From: a virus
Taxonomy: Duplodnaviria > Caudoviricetes
DNA: 56,411 bases
Strand: one strand, 5' to 3'
IMG/VR virus record: IMGVR_UViG_3300003873_000009
Coordinates: 1-56,411 of that record
The number at the start of each line of letters is the position of its first letter. Position 1 is the first letter of the stretch. The notes under the pieces are model-generated. The model did no database searches. It was not told the origin of the DNA and saw only the letters and a list, made by a program, of their open reading frames with translations. Of this stretch, positions 9,618 through 20,299 are shown one piece after another. A program made the position numbers and the translations under genes.

Positions 9618-11291
9618 CTAAGAAAGAATATATACCAGTTGTCCTGAATCATAAATCATTCTATAATTATTTTCTAACATATTCTGAATTTCTGTCTTAT
9701 TCTCATCAAATTTATCTAATTTATTCTTTAATTTATATTTTTGAAATTTTTCTCTAGGATATAATATATTTTCACCTTGTTTAAAGTAACTATAATTAGG
9801 ATATGTTTTATGAGAAAAATTAAATCCTAATTGTTTATATAAATTACCTGTAGACCAGGATCTATTAGCATAACTAATAATAGAACCTTTATACCTACTC
9901 CTAAAATATTTTAATAATTTTGATGCTCCACCTATAATAGAGGTATTTAAACGATTAGAAAATCTTATAATTTCATAATCATATTTCTTATTATATCTGG
10001 ATTTCATAAATGTCATTACAGATACTAATTCGCTTTTATAGAAAAGACCAAGTTTAATAGATGATTTAGCACTACCTTGAAGATGAGTTTCTTCTAGAAA
10101 TTTTCTACTCTCATCTAAAGTAATTTCTCTGATAATACACTTTCTAGCAAATATTCTCTCAGATTTTCCTAGTTTGTTTCTAATTACAGATTTCCAAATA
10201 TCTTTTTTATTTTTCCACGAGTCTTCGTATATATGAAGAAGCTGAATATTATATTTTTCTGCTATTTCAGTTTTAACTAAATGTCTTTCTCTATTTTTTT
10301 TATTATTCTCTTTATTAAATCTAGAGAAACTACTAATACCTATAGAATGATCCATTAACCCATTAAATTCTATCGCTAGATTATAATCTGGTAGATAAAT
10401 ATCAAACTCTTTATTATCAAATCTCTTTCTATATATTATATTATATATATTTAAAGATTTAATGAATTCAGAAATTTCTACCTCATATTTAGAGGATCCT
10501 TTAGCACATAAAGAACAGCCATTACCATTCATATGATTATCTATTCTTTGAGTAAATTCTCCGTGTTCAGGACATATTATTTTAATATTTTCGTCTATTC
10601 TGCTATGAGATATAAATTTTGAGTAATTATACTTATTTCTGTGAGTTTCTCTAAATCTTAAGATAATATCCTCATGTAATAATCTACTATTTTCTGCAGA
10701 TATATCAAAACTACATCTAGGACACCCATACTCTATAAGATCCGGAAGAGATTTATAAAATTTTCCATGTTTTTTACATAATATAGGAAATTTAGTAAGG
10801 TAATTTTCATAATCCTCAAATCTTACTAGAGATAGATCAAAATTAAGTTTTTCTAATTCTTCTATATATTTATTAAAAGTTTTTAATTTTTGATTTTTAT
10901 TAGACTTTATTTTAGAGCATTTAGGACAACCCGATCCAGATATATGACTAGATGGTAGTTGCCAAAAATCACCATGTTCTATACATTTTATCTTTATTTT
11001 TTTATTAAGACCTTTATATGTATCTCTATAATATTCATAATGATCATGAATTTCTTCTGATCTTTTTTTAAATTCATCAAAATCTATTTTTCTAATTTCA
11101 TTAGATCTTTCTGCAGAACATCTCTTACAATCAAAACCCTTTAAATGACTATTAACTCGCTGAATAAATTCTCCATGAATTGGACATATTATAGTGATTT
11201 TATCTGAAACTTTTTTAAAGGATACTTTAGAGTAGTCAAATTTATTATTATGAATATATGATGATTGTTGTATAAATTCTTTTATAGTCAT
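9618..11291 (-). mobile_element. Free-standing Hef-like homing endonuclease with N-terminal Zn-ribbon repeats
   Basis: Four CxxHG-F...CxxC repeats, EFDIYLPDYNLAIEFNG nuclease motif, and conserved ARKC/HLQG/GGASKLLKYF/SYANR C-terminal domain. Confidence 0.8.
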
Positions 11292-11324
11292 ATATTATAA
11301 TATAATAATAGACTTAAATTAGAC

Positions 11325-11365
11325 TTAAGAACCCGAGGGTTCTTAAAGAACCCGAGGGTTCTTAA
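11325..11365 (-). terminator. Tandemly duplicated hairpin downstream of the sheath gene
   Basis: AGAACCCGAGGGTTCTTAA occurs twice (11328-11346, 11347-11365); each copy is self-complementary. Confidence 0.7.
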
Positions 11366-13471
11366 TTATGCACCGATTACGGTAGCGAAAGATCTTGTAC
11401 CTACGTTATTAAAGTTAAGTTTAATAAACTCAGCAGCATACATAGGTTTAATATAGATATCTACAACAAGTTCGTTTCTACTAATAACATCTGGAGTATT
11501 ATTAGTTTCATCACAAACTACTAAGAAATCCGAAATACCTCTACCAGCTTTTACACTAGATAGGAATGGATTAAACATTGCGAGAATAGCGTTGCGAGTA
11601 AAACTATCATTGAATTCAAAAGTCTGAGACTTAGCAGCTTTAGCCATAGCTCTCTCAAGAACATTAAATAAACCACGAACATTAATTCTATCAAAAGAAC
11701 TTGCATAATTAATAAGAGTTTTTTGACCCCATACTAAATTACCTTCTCCTGGAAAATTAACAACTGGATTAATATTATTCGAATAAAGAGCATCTCTCTG
11801 AGCTTGATTAGGACTGAATGAAATTCTATCAATATTTCTTAATCTACCTCTCTTAAGACCTGCTGAAGCCCACCATGAAGCTTGATTAGTATTAGTATTA
11901 GCTCTAAGTCCTGCCATATCACCAGCTAAACTAATCCATCTGAATTTTTTAGCATATCCATCAAAAATTCTAATATAATTTCCAAAATATGATGCAAACA
12001 TAGTTCTAACAAATGGAGGATTATTTTTAATTTTTCTAGTTATAGTATCTACTACTACAGCAGCTTTTTTACCGACTACATCTGAATAGGTAGCTCCTAT
12101 AAATGCTATACAATCTTGTCTTCTATCAGCTAATAAAGAGGCAGCCCTACCTTCATCAGTTTCATTACCGATTACTATATCAATAGGATATAATTCTTTA
12201 TCTTCTACGGTCATATATGCTTGCTCAATAGAATCTAAGTCTTGTACTAATGGAGAAACTCCTCCCCACAATTGTAAAGGACCTTGAACATAATTAGTAT
12301 TAGGAAGAGATGAATCTGCATTTACATCGAATCCCTGTGAATCTTTATATATTGCAGAATATATATAGGACTTGAAAGTTAAAGTAGTAATATCTCCTGT
12401 ATTTTGATCTGGTTGAGAATATACTACTACATCCATTTTACCTAGAGTTTGATTGTTTGTTACATATACAATATTTGAGTTTTCATTAATAACAGTTTCT
12501 ATATATTTAGATTTTCCATTTCCATCCACAGCAGAGATATCAAAAGATACTACATATTTTTCAATAGTATCACCATATCTAATAACAATTCCTACTTCAT
12601 CTTCACCTACTGGAGGATAATCAAAAATATCTAAAACTGATACACCTTTAAATACTTCTGCCGCTGTATTAATCGATTCACTGTACTCCACTTTTTGATC
12701 AGTAAAATCAAAAGAGTTAACAACAGCAATATCAATAGCTCCTAAATTACCAGCAGTTCTAGCAAAGAATCTTAACTTAACTTCGTTTTCGAAACCATAA
12801 AAATCTTTAGAATATTCAAATTCTGTAAAATTTTTAATAAGTTCATACTCTTGATTAAAGCTTGGTTGTTTTACTACTGCAGGATTAGTAATATCTCTAT
12901 AAGCATAAACACCCATATTTTGATGTTGAGCGAATACTATTATTTTACTTCCTGGAAGGATCTCGTATTTTAGTCCTGCATCTTCTTCAGTTTGAGTATC
13001 TTTATTCCATACTACAATTGTAACTGCATATGTTTGTGTAGAACTATCAAAATCTATATTTTTAACCTTATATTGAGCTTGATTTTCTTGTCCTTCAAAG
13101 GTAATAATAGAATTTCTATATATGTCTTTTACAGAACTTAGACCATTAATTAATCTATCGTCTACTGTATGATTTCCTGGAACTTCAATATTTGTTTTTG
13201 TTTTAGTTCCTGTTTCTGAATAAATTCTTGAAATAACTAACTTATCTGCATAGTCTAAAAATTTATAACATTGAAACCATTCATTATAATTTTTATCTGT
13301 AGGTTTTCCAAAGTAGTATTCCAGATCTTTTTTATTAGTAATTAAAAAAGGTTGTTCTATAGGACCTTTATCAAAATTACCAGCAAAGAATGCTACAGAA
13401 GTAGAGACACTAGGTACGATTGCAGAGTTATCAATTTCATTAATATATACTCCTGGGCTTAAATATGCCAT
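11366..13471 (-). CDS. gp18: Tail sheath protein
   Basis: MAYLSPGVYINEID start; W.SAG..RG, INPV, WGQKT, FDRINVRGLF, FEFND and CDETNNTP motifs. Confidence 0.96.
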   Translation of the reverse strand: MAYLSPGVYINEIDNSAIVPSVSTSVAFFAGNFDKGPIEQPFLITNKKDLEYYFGKPTDKNYNEWFQCYKFLDYADKLVISRIYSETGTKTKTNIEVPGNHTVDDRLINGLSSVKDIYRNSIITFEGQENQAQYKVKNIDFDSSTQTYAVTIVVWNKDTQTEEDAGLKYEILPGSKIIVFAQHQNMGVYAYRDITNPAVVKQPSFNQEYELIKNFTEFEYSKDFYGFENEVKLRFFARTAGNLGAIDIAVVNSFDFTDQKVEYSESINTAAEVFKGVSVLDIFDYPPVGEDEVGIVIRYGDTIEKYVVSFDISAVDGNGKSKYIETVINENSNIVYVTNNQTLGKMDVVVYSQPDQNTGDITTLTFKSYIYSAIYKDSQGFDVNADSSLPNTNYVQGPLQLWGGVSPLVQDLDSIEQAYMTVEDKELYPIDIVIGNETDEGRAASLLADRRQDCIAFIGATYSDVVGKKAAVVVDTITRKIKNNPPFVRTMFASYFGNYIRIFDGYAKKFRWISLAGDMAGLRANTNTNQASWWASAGLKRGRLRNIDRISFSPNQAQRDALYSNNINPVVNFPGEGNLVWGQKTLINYASSFDRINVRGLFNVLERAMAKAAKSQTFEFNDSFTRNAILAMFNPFLSSVKAGRGISDFLVVCDETNNTPDVISRNELVVDIYIKPMYAAEFIKLNFNNVGTRSFATVIGA

Positions 13472-13589
13472 TTCATTTCCTTAATTTTTAGTCAATAATG
13501 AAAGTGTAATTCTCGATACCTTTTCTAGGGTTAGGGCTCTTCACCTCTAACAGCATCTCAAAGCCTATCACTACTCACTATTGCTAATT

Positions 13590-13597
13590 TATTTATA
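13590..13597 (-). promoter_or_regulatory. T4-type late promoter TATAAATA (sheath)
   Basis: TATTTATA on the + strand. The same octamer precedes minus-strand genes at 4075, 6656, 7779, 9606, 14722, 16203, 34169, 36649, 38632 and 43285, and plus-strand genes at 16197, 18186, 23760, 30761, 38636, 43709 and 55499; gp55 and gp33 are in the window. Confidence 0.85.
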
Positions 13598-13609
13598 AAT
13601 TTATTTGTT

Positions 13610-13661
13610 TTTAAGTTTTATTACACTATAATATATTATATAAAGAGAAAAGGATAGAAAG
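13610..13661 (+). promoter_or_regulatory. Early-type promoter plus RBS cassette
   Basis: TTTAAG-N11-TATAAT...AAGGATAGAAAG-ATG; near-identical copies at 39871 and 53632. Confidence 0.75.
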
Positions 13662-14033
13662 ATGAGAAAGTCAGACATCAACAAAATGTTAAAAGAGTTT
13701 GGTTATGGTTATGTAAAAGTTGCAACCGGTGATTGGACTAAGCCAGAAAAATGTTATACTGATTTTAATGGTAAAAGAGTAAAAGGTATCAAAGCAACTC
13801 ATAGAGGTCCTCTTGATGTAACAGATGCTGCGGATAGACGCATTGAAGCAGTAAAATCTGATATTAAAGATACTTTTGAAGATGCAGGATTTACTGTTAA
13901 AAATGGTATTTTTGAAGCACCAGATGGAACTCTCAATTTTACATTGATGGAAATGACTTATCCACAATTTACTAGAAGTGCTAATATGGATGATGGTTAT
14001 ACTCAAGTAGTCCTAGTTCCTAACTATCTTTAG
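13662..14033 (+). CDS. Hypothetical early protein inserted between sheath and tube genes
   Basis: Own promoter and RBS cassette; opposite strand to its neighbours. Confidence 0.75.
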   Translation: MRKSDINKMLKEFGYGYVKVATGDWTKPEKCYTDFNGKRVKGIKATHRGPLDVTDAADRRIEAVKSDIKDTFEDAGFTVKNGIFEAPDGTLNFTLMEMTYPQFTRSANMDDGYTQVVLVPNYL

Positions 14034-14121
14034 AGAGGTTATATGATCTCAAAAAAAGTTGTTAGACATAAAAACCTACTAGTCCTATAATAAAGACTAG
14101 AGGGTGTATTCGAAGAATATT

Positions 14122-14697
14122 TTAGAGAGCGTTATCGTTTTTAGTAGGATTGATAGAGTCATACTTTCCTACTTCTTCTTTACCTGGTACCCAGTCAGAA
14201 TATGCAAACGTTACATCAAATTCTGCAAGCGTATCTGCACTGTCATCAGCATATGTAACCTCACCTATACTTTGAGGAAAGCAGTTATGTAGAGTATAAG
14301 TTGCTACAGGGTTACCTGCTGAGTCTAACTGTTCTACTCTTAAATCTGCAAAAATAGCTGAAGGATTTCCTGAATGTTTATTTTTTTGAAAATTATCACA
14401 TGCATCAGCCCATTTAATCAGATCTAATCTAAGAGAATGATCTTCTGTTAAATAGAATCCTACATTCCATGCATTATCAAAAGTAGTATCTCCAGGTAGG
14501 ATAAGTTTTCTACCTTGACTCCATACTTCTATTTGTCCTAATTCTTTTCCTGGAGCTGTAGCACTTTTCGCTAAAGCATCTACTGCGTCTAATGGAGTTT
14601 CTCCTGTAACTGCTGTAGGATATGAAAATGTTACTCTATATTTACTTGCTCGAGCTCCTGCTCCTAAAGCTGATGAAAGTTCTCTTATTGTAGCCAT
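14122..14697 (-). CDS. gp19: Tail tube protein
   Basis: GARASKYRV, A.APG..LG.IEV...GR.L.LPGD.TF..W, and FP..IG...EFDVTFAY motifs. Confidence 0.9.
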   Translation of the reverse strand: MATIRELSSALGAGARASKYRVTFSYPTAVTGETPLDAVDALAKSATAPGKELGQIEVWSQGRKLILPGDTTFDNAWNVGFYLTEDHSLRLDLIKWADACDNFQKNKHSGNPSAIFADLRVEQLDSAGNPVATYTLHNCFPQSIGEVTYADDSADTLAEFDVTFAYSDWVPGKEEVGKYDSINPTKNDNAL

Positions 14698-14734
14698 AAA
14701 GCTGTTCCTTTATTTTTTAATTATTTATAAAATC

Positions 14735-15412
14735 TTAAGAGATTAATCCTCCAAGATTATCTCCTAGAATTGTCTGGAGAGCTGAGCTCTCTACATTATC
14801 TCCTATTTTTACATCTGAGAAGGCAAATGTTACAACCGTAGACGATATTTCAGATGTACTATCGTCTAATTGAATGTCCTCCACATTAATCGGAAATGCT
14901 CCTGTAATATTAACCTCAAATATAGAATCATTATCACCATTTAGTTGCTGTACTTTTATATCTTTTTGATAGTCTGGAGCTCGTCCTGATACTAAAAGCT
15001 GTGAAGGATCCTTTATGATGGATTTTACTTCTTTTACTGCATTTGTTAATGAATTAATCTCATTACCTACAATTCCTGCTAGAGTTCCTAAGTTTCCTAC
15101 AATTCCTGTACTTTTTAACTCCAAGGAATGCATATCCTGCATCCATTGTGTAAAATACTTTCTAGCTATCATATTTGAATCATTATAAAATGTTACTGTC
15201 CATGATCCTGAAAGAGATGTTTCTCCTACTATTTGCGTTTTTCTTCCTTTGACTACCACGTCAACTGGTGTTATAACTCTTCCCGGGATAGAGGTTGCAT
15301 GGCACATAATATCTAAGCTTCTTGTAATCTCTGATGTAGGAATTATTAATCTATATTTATTAGCTCTTGCTCCACTCTTTAAATTATTAATTAAATCATT
15401 TATTTTAGGCAT
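14735..15412 (-). CDS. Tail tube paralog (gp19/gp54-like)
   Basis: GARANKYR, SIPGR, W.VTFY, AFPINV, VTFAF. Confidence 0.8.
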   Translation of the reverse strand: MPKINDLINNLKSGARANKYRLIIPTSEITRSLDIMCHATSIPGRVITPVDVVVKGRKTQIVGETSLSGSWTVTFYNDSNMIARKYFTQWMQDMHSLELKSTGIVGNLGTLAGIVGNEINSLTNAVKEVKSIIKDPSQLLVSGRAPDYQKDIKVQQLNGDNDSIFEVNITGAFPINVEDIQLDDSTSEISSTVVTFAFSDVKIGDNVESSALQTILGDNLGGLIS

Positions 15413-16179
15413 TAAAATTCCTTATTAAGAAAATTGCTATATTTTTCTACTATTTCTTTTTTATTAGCAATAATTTTTTCATTAAAATTTGATGTAATTC
15501 CTACATAATCAAGAACAGTACTAGTAGCAGAATTAACAGCAGAATTAACAGCAGAATTAACAGCAGAATTAACAGCCCCTAAAGTTTCATCTACTAATGA
15601 TTCTGCAAGTCCCTTATTAGGTGTAGTGAAATCCTCATCTTTTTGCATAATTAAAAATGCAAATTCTACTTGAACTTCTAAAAAACCCGATGTACTACTA
15701 CTATCTAACTCTATATTTCCTATTTTAATAGGAAAAACATTACTAAATTTATATTTAGAAGAATTATCTCCTCTCCAATTCTTTGATATAATATTAATCG
15801 AACCAAATAAGCTATCCTTATTTTTGTTTTGCATAATTTTTACATCTCCATTAGGTTCTAGGGAGTTTAAATCAAGTCCTCTTTGCCACGTAATAAGATC
15901 CCTAAGTACTTTATGCTCCTCGTCTAAAAGTAGAGTAATGCTTAGCGTTCTTGTATAATCTGCTCTAGATATTGTATGAATAGTAGAGCCTTTAAAGGTA
16001 ATATCGTTATTTTTTGTCTCAGCTTCAGGAATAGAAAATGTTTTACATAATATATCGTATTGAGGTGAGCTTTTTTGAGGTTTTAGATTGCTCGGAAATG
16101 TAAATTCTACGGTAAAATTTGCAGGTCTAGAGAGATTTCCTCCAGCATCATATAGAAGATTCTTGATAGAATTTGACAT
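15412..16179 (-). CDS. Tail tube paralog (gp19/gp54-like); start revised from 16257 to 16179
   Basis: LSRPANF.V, C....IP, NVFP..IG..ELD, V.FAF; AGGA RBS and late promoter lie just upstream of the ATG at 16179. Confidence 0.75.
   Translation of the reverse strand: MSNSIKNLLYDAGGNLSRPANFTVEFTFPSNLKPQKSSPQYDILCKTFSIPEAETKNNDITFKGSTIHTISRADYTRTLSITLLLDEEHKVLRDLITWQRGLDLNSLEPNGDVKIMQNKNKDSLFGSINIISKNWRGDNSSKYKFSNVFPIKIGNIELDSSSTSGFLEVQVEFAFLIMQKDEDFTTPNKGLAESLVDETLGAVNSAVNSAVNSAVNSATSTVLDYVGITSNFNEKIIANKKEIVEKYSNFLNKEF
15526..15573. repeat. 12-bp tandem repeat x4 (AVNS)
   Basis: (AGCAGAATTAAC)4, in frame in the C-terminal tail of the tube paralog. Confidence 0.9.
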
Positions 16180-16192
16180 ATGTATATTCCTA

Positions 16193-16214
16193 TTTTTATA
16201 AATATTTATAAAAA
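16193..16214. promoter_or_regulatory. 22-bp palindrome holding overlapping late promoters on both strands
   Basis: TTTTTATAAATATTTATAAAAA between divergent tube-like genes. Confidence 0.75.
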
Positions 16215-16226
16215 GTAGGTATTTTC

Positions 16227-16775
16227 TTGAAGATAGATGATATAGTCTCAAAAGCATATAGTACTAATTGGGTCCTGTCTGATGAATTTGTAGTATCAAT
16301 AGATCCTACAAAAGATAATGGAATATCTCAAGAAGAATGGAATATGGCTGTTGTCTCTATGACATCTCCCGAACTATCTGCTCAAGAAGGAGATATAGTT
16401 TTAGGAGGGGCTAGAAGGGTAACCTCCAGAATTCAAGATGTTTTTAGATTTACTATTACTTTTAGAGATTTTGATCAAAATAAATTAAGATCTTATTTTG
16501 AAACAAAATTTGCACTACAACAAAAGCTATATCCTGAAGATATAGAAACAGAGATTACTGTAAGACATTTTACAAATGATGTAGGATCTCCTATATTTAA
16601 TACTAAGGCACTAATTACTAATATATCAGGTGCTAATTTTAATAACTCCGAATCTAGTATTCAAGAATTTACTGTTTCATTTTCTTCAGGATGGATTTCA
16701 TCACCTAATACTCCGTTCTTTGGTACTTCTGGATTTGATGAGTTCGTAGATGACCTAACATTCTATATATCTTAA
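16227..16775 (+). CDS. Tube-fold protein (gp19/gp54-like)
   Basis: FTITFRD...LRSYF and SIQEFTVSF motifs; TTG start with AGGT RBS. Confidence 0.6.
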   Translation: MKIDDIVSKAYSTNWVLSDEFVVSIDPTKDNGISQEEWNMAVVSMTSPELSAQEGDIVLGGARRVTSRIQDVFRFTITFRDFDQNKLRSYFETKFALQQKLYPEDIETEITVRHFTNDVGSPIFNTKALITNISGANFNNSESSIQEFTVSFSSGWISSPNTPFFGTSGFDEFVDDLTFYIS

Positions 16776-16821
16776 GGAATAACTAAGCTTTTTTTATTAT
16801 AATAAGAAAATAGGAGGTATC

Positions 16822-17547
16822 ATGGCAATCATAATAGATAAAGACATATCTAACACAGACAACTCACAAAATAATTCAGATTTTTTAGAATTAAAACTAG
16901 GACCTAATAAATCTGTAGGAATAAAGCCTTGGAAGGCAAAGACTAAAAAAGAATTTGTAAAAATATTTAAAGCTAAGGGTGATAAAGTAACAGAGAGGGA
17001 TGTTTTAGATATTTTAGTATATCCCTATATTGATAATACTAAACAATTTTATTCATCTGCAGAGCTTCAATATATTATGACTAAGATTAGAGAGATTTCT
17101 ATAAAAGATAAGGATACTAGTTTTACTATCGAGTGTTCGACTTGTGGAGAGGACTTCGACGTAAATATGGATATTTATGATCTAGTTCATTATAAGGAAA
17201 CCTTGATTCCTACTACTAAAGAAAATATAGAGTGGATCGATCCTGAATCATCAGATATTATAGAAAAAACTCTTCTAGATAACGAAGAGGAGCCGCCTGA
17301 TGTTATCATGTTAGGATTGAATATTAAAAATATTAATGGACGAGAAATAGAGAATATTAAAGAATTTTTAGAAGTTTATGATGAGCTAGATATGAATGAA
17401 ATATCGAAAATAGAGGATATTTGGAAAGATGTTACCTCATCATTTAGTATATATTCGACATTGAAATGTGATAGGTGTGAAAGTAGTAATGAGTACTACT
17501 TTGATATTATTCCTGGATTTTTTGATCCTTTACTTCCTAAAAACTAA
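16822..17547 (+). CDS. Baseplate hub assembly protein, gp26-like
   Basis: IKPWKAKTKK, IREIS, two CxxC pairs, position in the baseplate block. Confidence 0.7.
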   Translation: MAIIIDKDISNTDNSQNNSDFLELKLGPNKSVGIKPWKAKTKKEFVKIFKAKGDKVTERDVLDILVYPYIDNTKQFYSSAELQYIMTKIREISIKDKDTSFTIECSTCGEDFDVNMDIYDLVHYKETLIPTTKENIEWIDPESSDIIEKTLLDNEEEPPDVIMLGLNIKNINGREIENIKEFLEVYDELDMNEISKIEDIWKDVTSSFSIYSTLKCDRCESSNEYYFDIIPGFFDPLLPKN

Positions 17548-17549
17548 AA

Positions 17550-18182
17550 ATGAGCTTTAAAGATAGATTAAATAGTATTAGAAGGTATACAACATTTCAA
17601 GAGAAAGAGTCTCTCTTAGAATCTCTTGAAGATGATGTAGATATTATGAAGGTTTCTAAAATATTGAAGCTAGAACCTAAAAATGAATTAGAAGCAAATG
17701 CTTTTATACTTAAAGCTATATCTAAGTCAGTATCAGAGATACTTGAAATTAACCAGGAATGCCCTAATTGTCAAAAGATTAATATGACAGGAATAAATAT
17801 AGACGATATGTTCTTTAAAGAAGAAATAGATCAATCTATACCTGAAGGATTATTTGAAGATCTTTCACAAGTATCTGATAAATATTTAGATGAGGATTTG
17901 TCACTCGAGGATTATAATCGATTAGAAAGTATAGTGCTAGATAATAATGAAAAAATATTTAGTAATATAGTTCAGGTTTCTTGTATTTACTGCAGCCATA
18001 AATATAATGTAAGAATAAATCCGATAAAATTTATATCTAAATTTTCTCTTACGAATTTATATGAGCAGTATTCTGATATAACCTATCTATCTAATATGAC
18101 AAAAAAGGATATTGATGAAATGTATCCTTTCGAAAGAGAAATATTCCTAGGTCTTCTTCAAAAGAAAGAGGATGAGTCATAA
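17550..18182 (+). CDS. Baseplate hub assembly protein, gp26/gp51-like
   Basis: SVSE...CPNC...CIYC; C-terminal IDEMYPFEREIF..LL is gp51-like. Confidence 0.65.
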   Translation: MSFKDRLNSIRRYTTFQEKESLLESLEDDVDIMKVSKILKLEPKNELEANAFILKAISKSVSEILEINQECPNCQKINMTGINIDDMFFKEEIDQSIPEGLFEDLSQVSDKYLDEDLSLEDYNRLESIVLDNNEKIFSNIVQVSCIYCSHKYNVRINPIKFISKFSLTNLYEQYSDITYLSNMTKKDIDEMYPFEREIFLGLLQKKEDES

Positions 18183-18210
18183 TAATATAAATACTTAAAA
18201 AGAAGGTATT

Positions 18211-20295
18211 ATGATTCTAGGGGTATTAAAACTTGCAAGTAGAACTGTTTTAAAATCTACAGGCAAATCCTCTAAATCTGCATTTGGAAAAATTGGAAAA
18301 AATATTGCAAAAATTGCTACTCTAGCAACAACTACTAAAACTTTATCTAATACTAAACCTAAAAATTTTAATCATTCAACTACAGAAATTAAAGAAACAT
18401 CTACATCTAGTAGGAACACTAGGAATACTAAGAACTCTAGCGTTGAATCTAAAAATAATATAAAGCAGAATTCTACAGACCGAAAAATAATAAATGATAA
18501 TACTTTAAATAAATTAGATGCATTATTAGAAATAAATAATGAATTAGGTCCTGAGGGTGTAACTAAGGCCGATAAAAGACAGGAAATCCTAGCTAGACAA
18601 AAATTTAGAGATAATTCTTCTAAAGTTTTAGAAGAAATTAAAGATTCTATAGATAATGAAGAGCCTAAGAATAATGAAGAGTCTATTTCTAAAGATAATA
18701 GTTTAAGTAATGGGACACCCCCTAAAAAATCATTTATATCTAAAGCTATTCCTGGAATAAAACAAGCAATGAATAACACTAGTGGTAAGAACATTATGAC
18801 ATTAGTAGTTCTTTCTATAGGTGAAATATGGAAGATGATTCAGGGTGTATTAGGAGATATAGCGGATGCGGGAGGTTTTATACCTTGGTTAGGTAAAAAT
18901 ATTCCTATTCTCTGGAATAATATTAATGAGATAATACAGAAAGATTATGGAGGTTGGGGAAGTTTTATAATAAGTCAAATAAAAGACACAGCGGAATTTA
19001 TTCTTTGGATATCGGATAAAATTCTTGAATTTCTTTTAGGTAAGGATTGGAAGGCTACTAAAGAGTTTTTGAAATTACAGTTCGGTTATTTTATAGAGTG
19101 GTGGAATAAGACAGGAGAGACATTTAAGGCTTGGTGGGATTATGTACAGGATGTTGGAGTAGGTCAGTATATTCTAGAAAAAATTAAAGAATCTAGCAAG
19201 GACCTATTAGGTCTAATTATCGGAGATTCTGCTTTAAAAAAACTTATGGATTGGTGGGATAAAGTTCAGGCACTTGGGGGAATAACAGGATATTTGAAGA
19301 CTACGATTCCTCTTTATATTCAGGACTGGTGGGTGGATTTTATATCTAAATCTAGTATAAAAAATATTCCAATGATAGGAGAACAGCTCCAAAAGGCCTT
19401 TTTAGGAGGGCAGACTGTAGCAGAAGCTAGAAAATCTATCGATTCTCAAAGAGCTGTAGTAAATAAAACTATATCCGATTATAAAGAAAAAGAGCGAGAA
19501 GATCAGAGAGCAAGAGATAAAAAGACCCAAAAATATGATACCAAAGTAAAAAATATTAATAAAACATATGCAGAGAATAAAAAAGATATACGAAGACAAT
19601 ATGATAAAAATATAGTTAATGTATATTATGGAAAAAATAAAACTCAAAATTCTAATAATATATTAAGAAAGTCTGAAAAGAATCGTTTTACATATGAAGG
19701 AAATAATGCTCAATCATGGATGAAGGTAGTAACGTCTAAATTCGGAGAAAAAGAGTCCTTTAGAAATGGAAGTGGTCATTCAGGTGTTGATTTTAGAGCT
19801 CCTGTAGGAACAGAAATTACATCTATAACAGATGGGATAGTAGATAAAATTTATAATAAGCCTGACAGAGAGGGGTTAGTAGTATCAGTAAGAGGGAAAG
19901 ATGGAGCTAGAACACTATATATGCATCTATCTAAGATACTTGTTAAAAAGGGAGATATTATTAAGAGAGGTCAGCTAATTGCTAAGTCCGGAAATAGTGG
20001 ACAAACTGTCAACGGTAGGCCACTAGCTCCTCATATTCATATACAAGTTAAAAAGAATGGAAGGAATATAGACCCTCTAGTATATGTTAATAATTTAAGT
20101 AATTCTACCAAAAATACAGCAATTGCTAATAATATACAGAAGAATATATCTATTAAGCGAAATAAAAATACTATTAATAACACTACAGATAATAGTAATG
20201 TTTTAGCAGCTATAGATAGTGTAAATAAAAAAGTAGATGAGGTACGATCTAGAAAGGTTAGTTCATCTATTCATGAAACTATAAGAAGAGGTTAG
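18211..20295 (+). CDS. Tape-measure/hub-like protein with C-terminal M23 peptidase
   Basis: Trp-rich amphipathic helices, then HSGVD, YMHL and PHIH M23 zinc motifs. Confidence 0.75.
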   Translation: MILGVLKLASRTVLKSTGKSSKSAFGKIGKNIAKIATLATTTKTLSNTKPKNFNHSTTEIKETSTSSRNTRNTKNSSVESKNNIKQNSTDRKIINDNTLNKLDALLEINNELGPEGVTKADKRQEILARQKFRDNSSKVLEEIKDSIDNEEPKNNEESISKDNSLSNGTPPKKSFISKAIPGIKQAMNNTSGKNIMTLVVLSIGEIWKMIQGVLGDIADAGGFIPWLGKNIPILWNNINEIIQKDYGGWGSFIISQIKDTAEFILWISDKILEFLLGKDWKATKEFLKLQFGYFIEWWNKTGETFKAWWDYVQDVGVGQYILEKIKESSKDLLGLIIGDSALKKLMDWWDKVQALGGITGYLKTTIPLYIQDWWVDFISKSSIKNIPMIGEQLQKAFLGGQTVAEARKSIDSQRAVVNKTISDYKEKEREDQRARDKKTQKYDTKVKNINKTYAENKKDIRRQYDKNIVNVYYGKNKTQNSNNILRKSEKNRFTYEGNNAQSWMKVVTSKFGEKESFRNGSGHSGVDFRAPVGTEITSITDGIVDKIYNKPDREGLVVSVRGKDGARTLYMHLSKILVKKGDIIKRGQLIAKSGNSGQTVNGRPLAPHIHIQVKKNGRNIDPLVYVNNLSNSTKNTAIANNIQKNISIKRNKNTINNTTDNSNVLAAIDSVNKKVDEVRSRKVSSSIHETIRRG

Positions 20296-20299
20296 ATAA

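Noticed and set aside
16180-16257. Extended N-terminus of the 15412 ORF
   Set aside because: Overlaps the divergent gene and lies upstream of the late promoter; the ATG at 16179 has an RBS.
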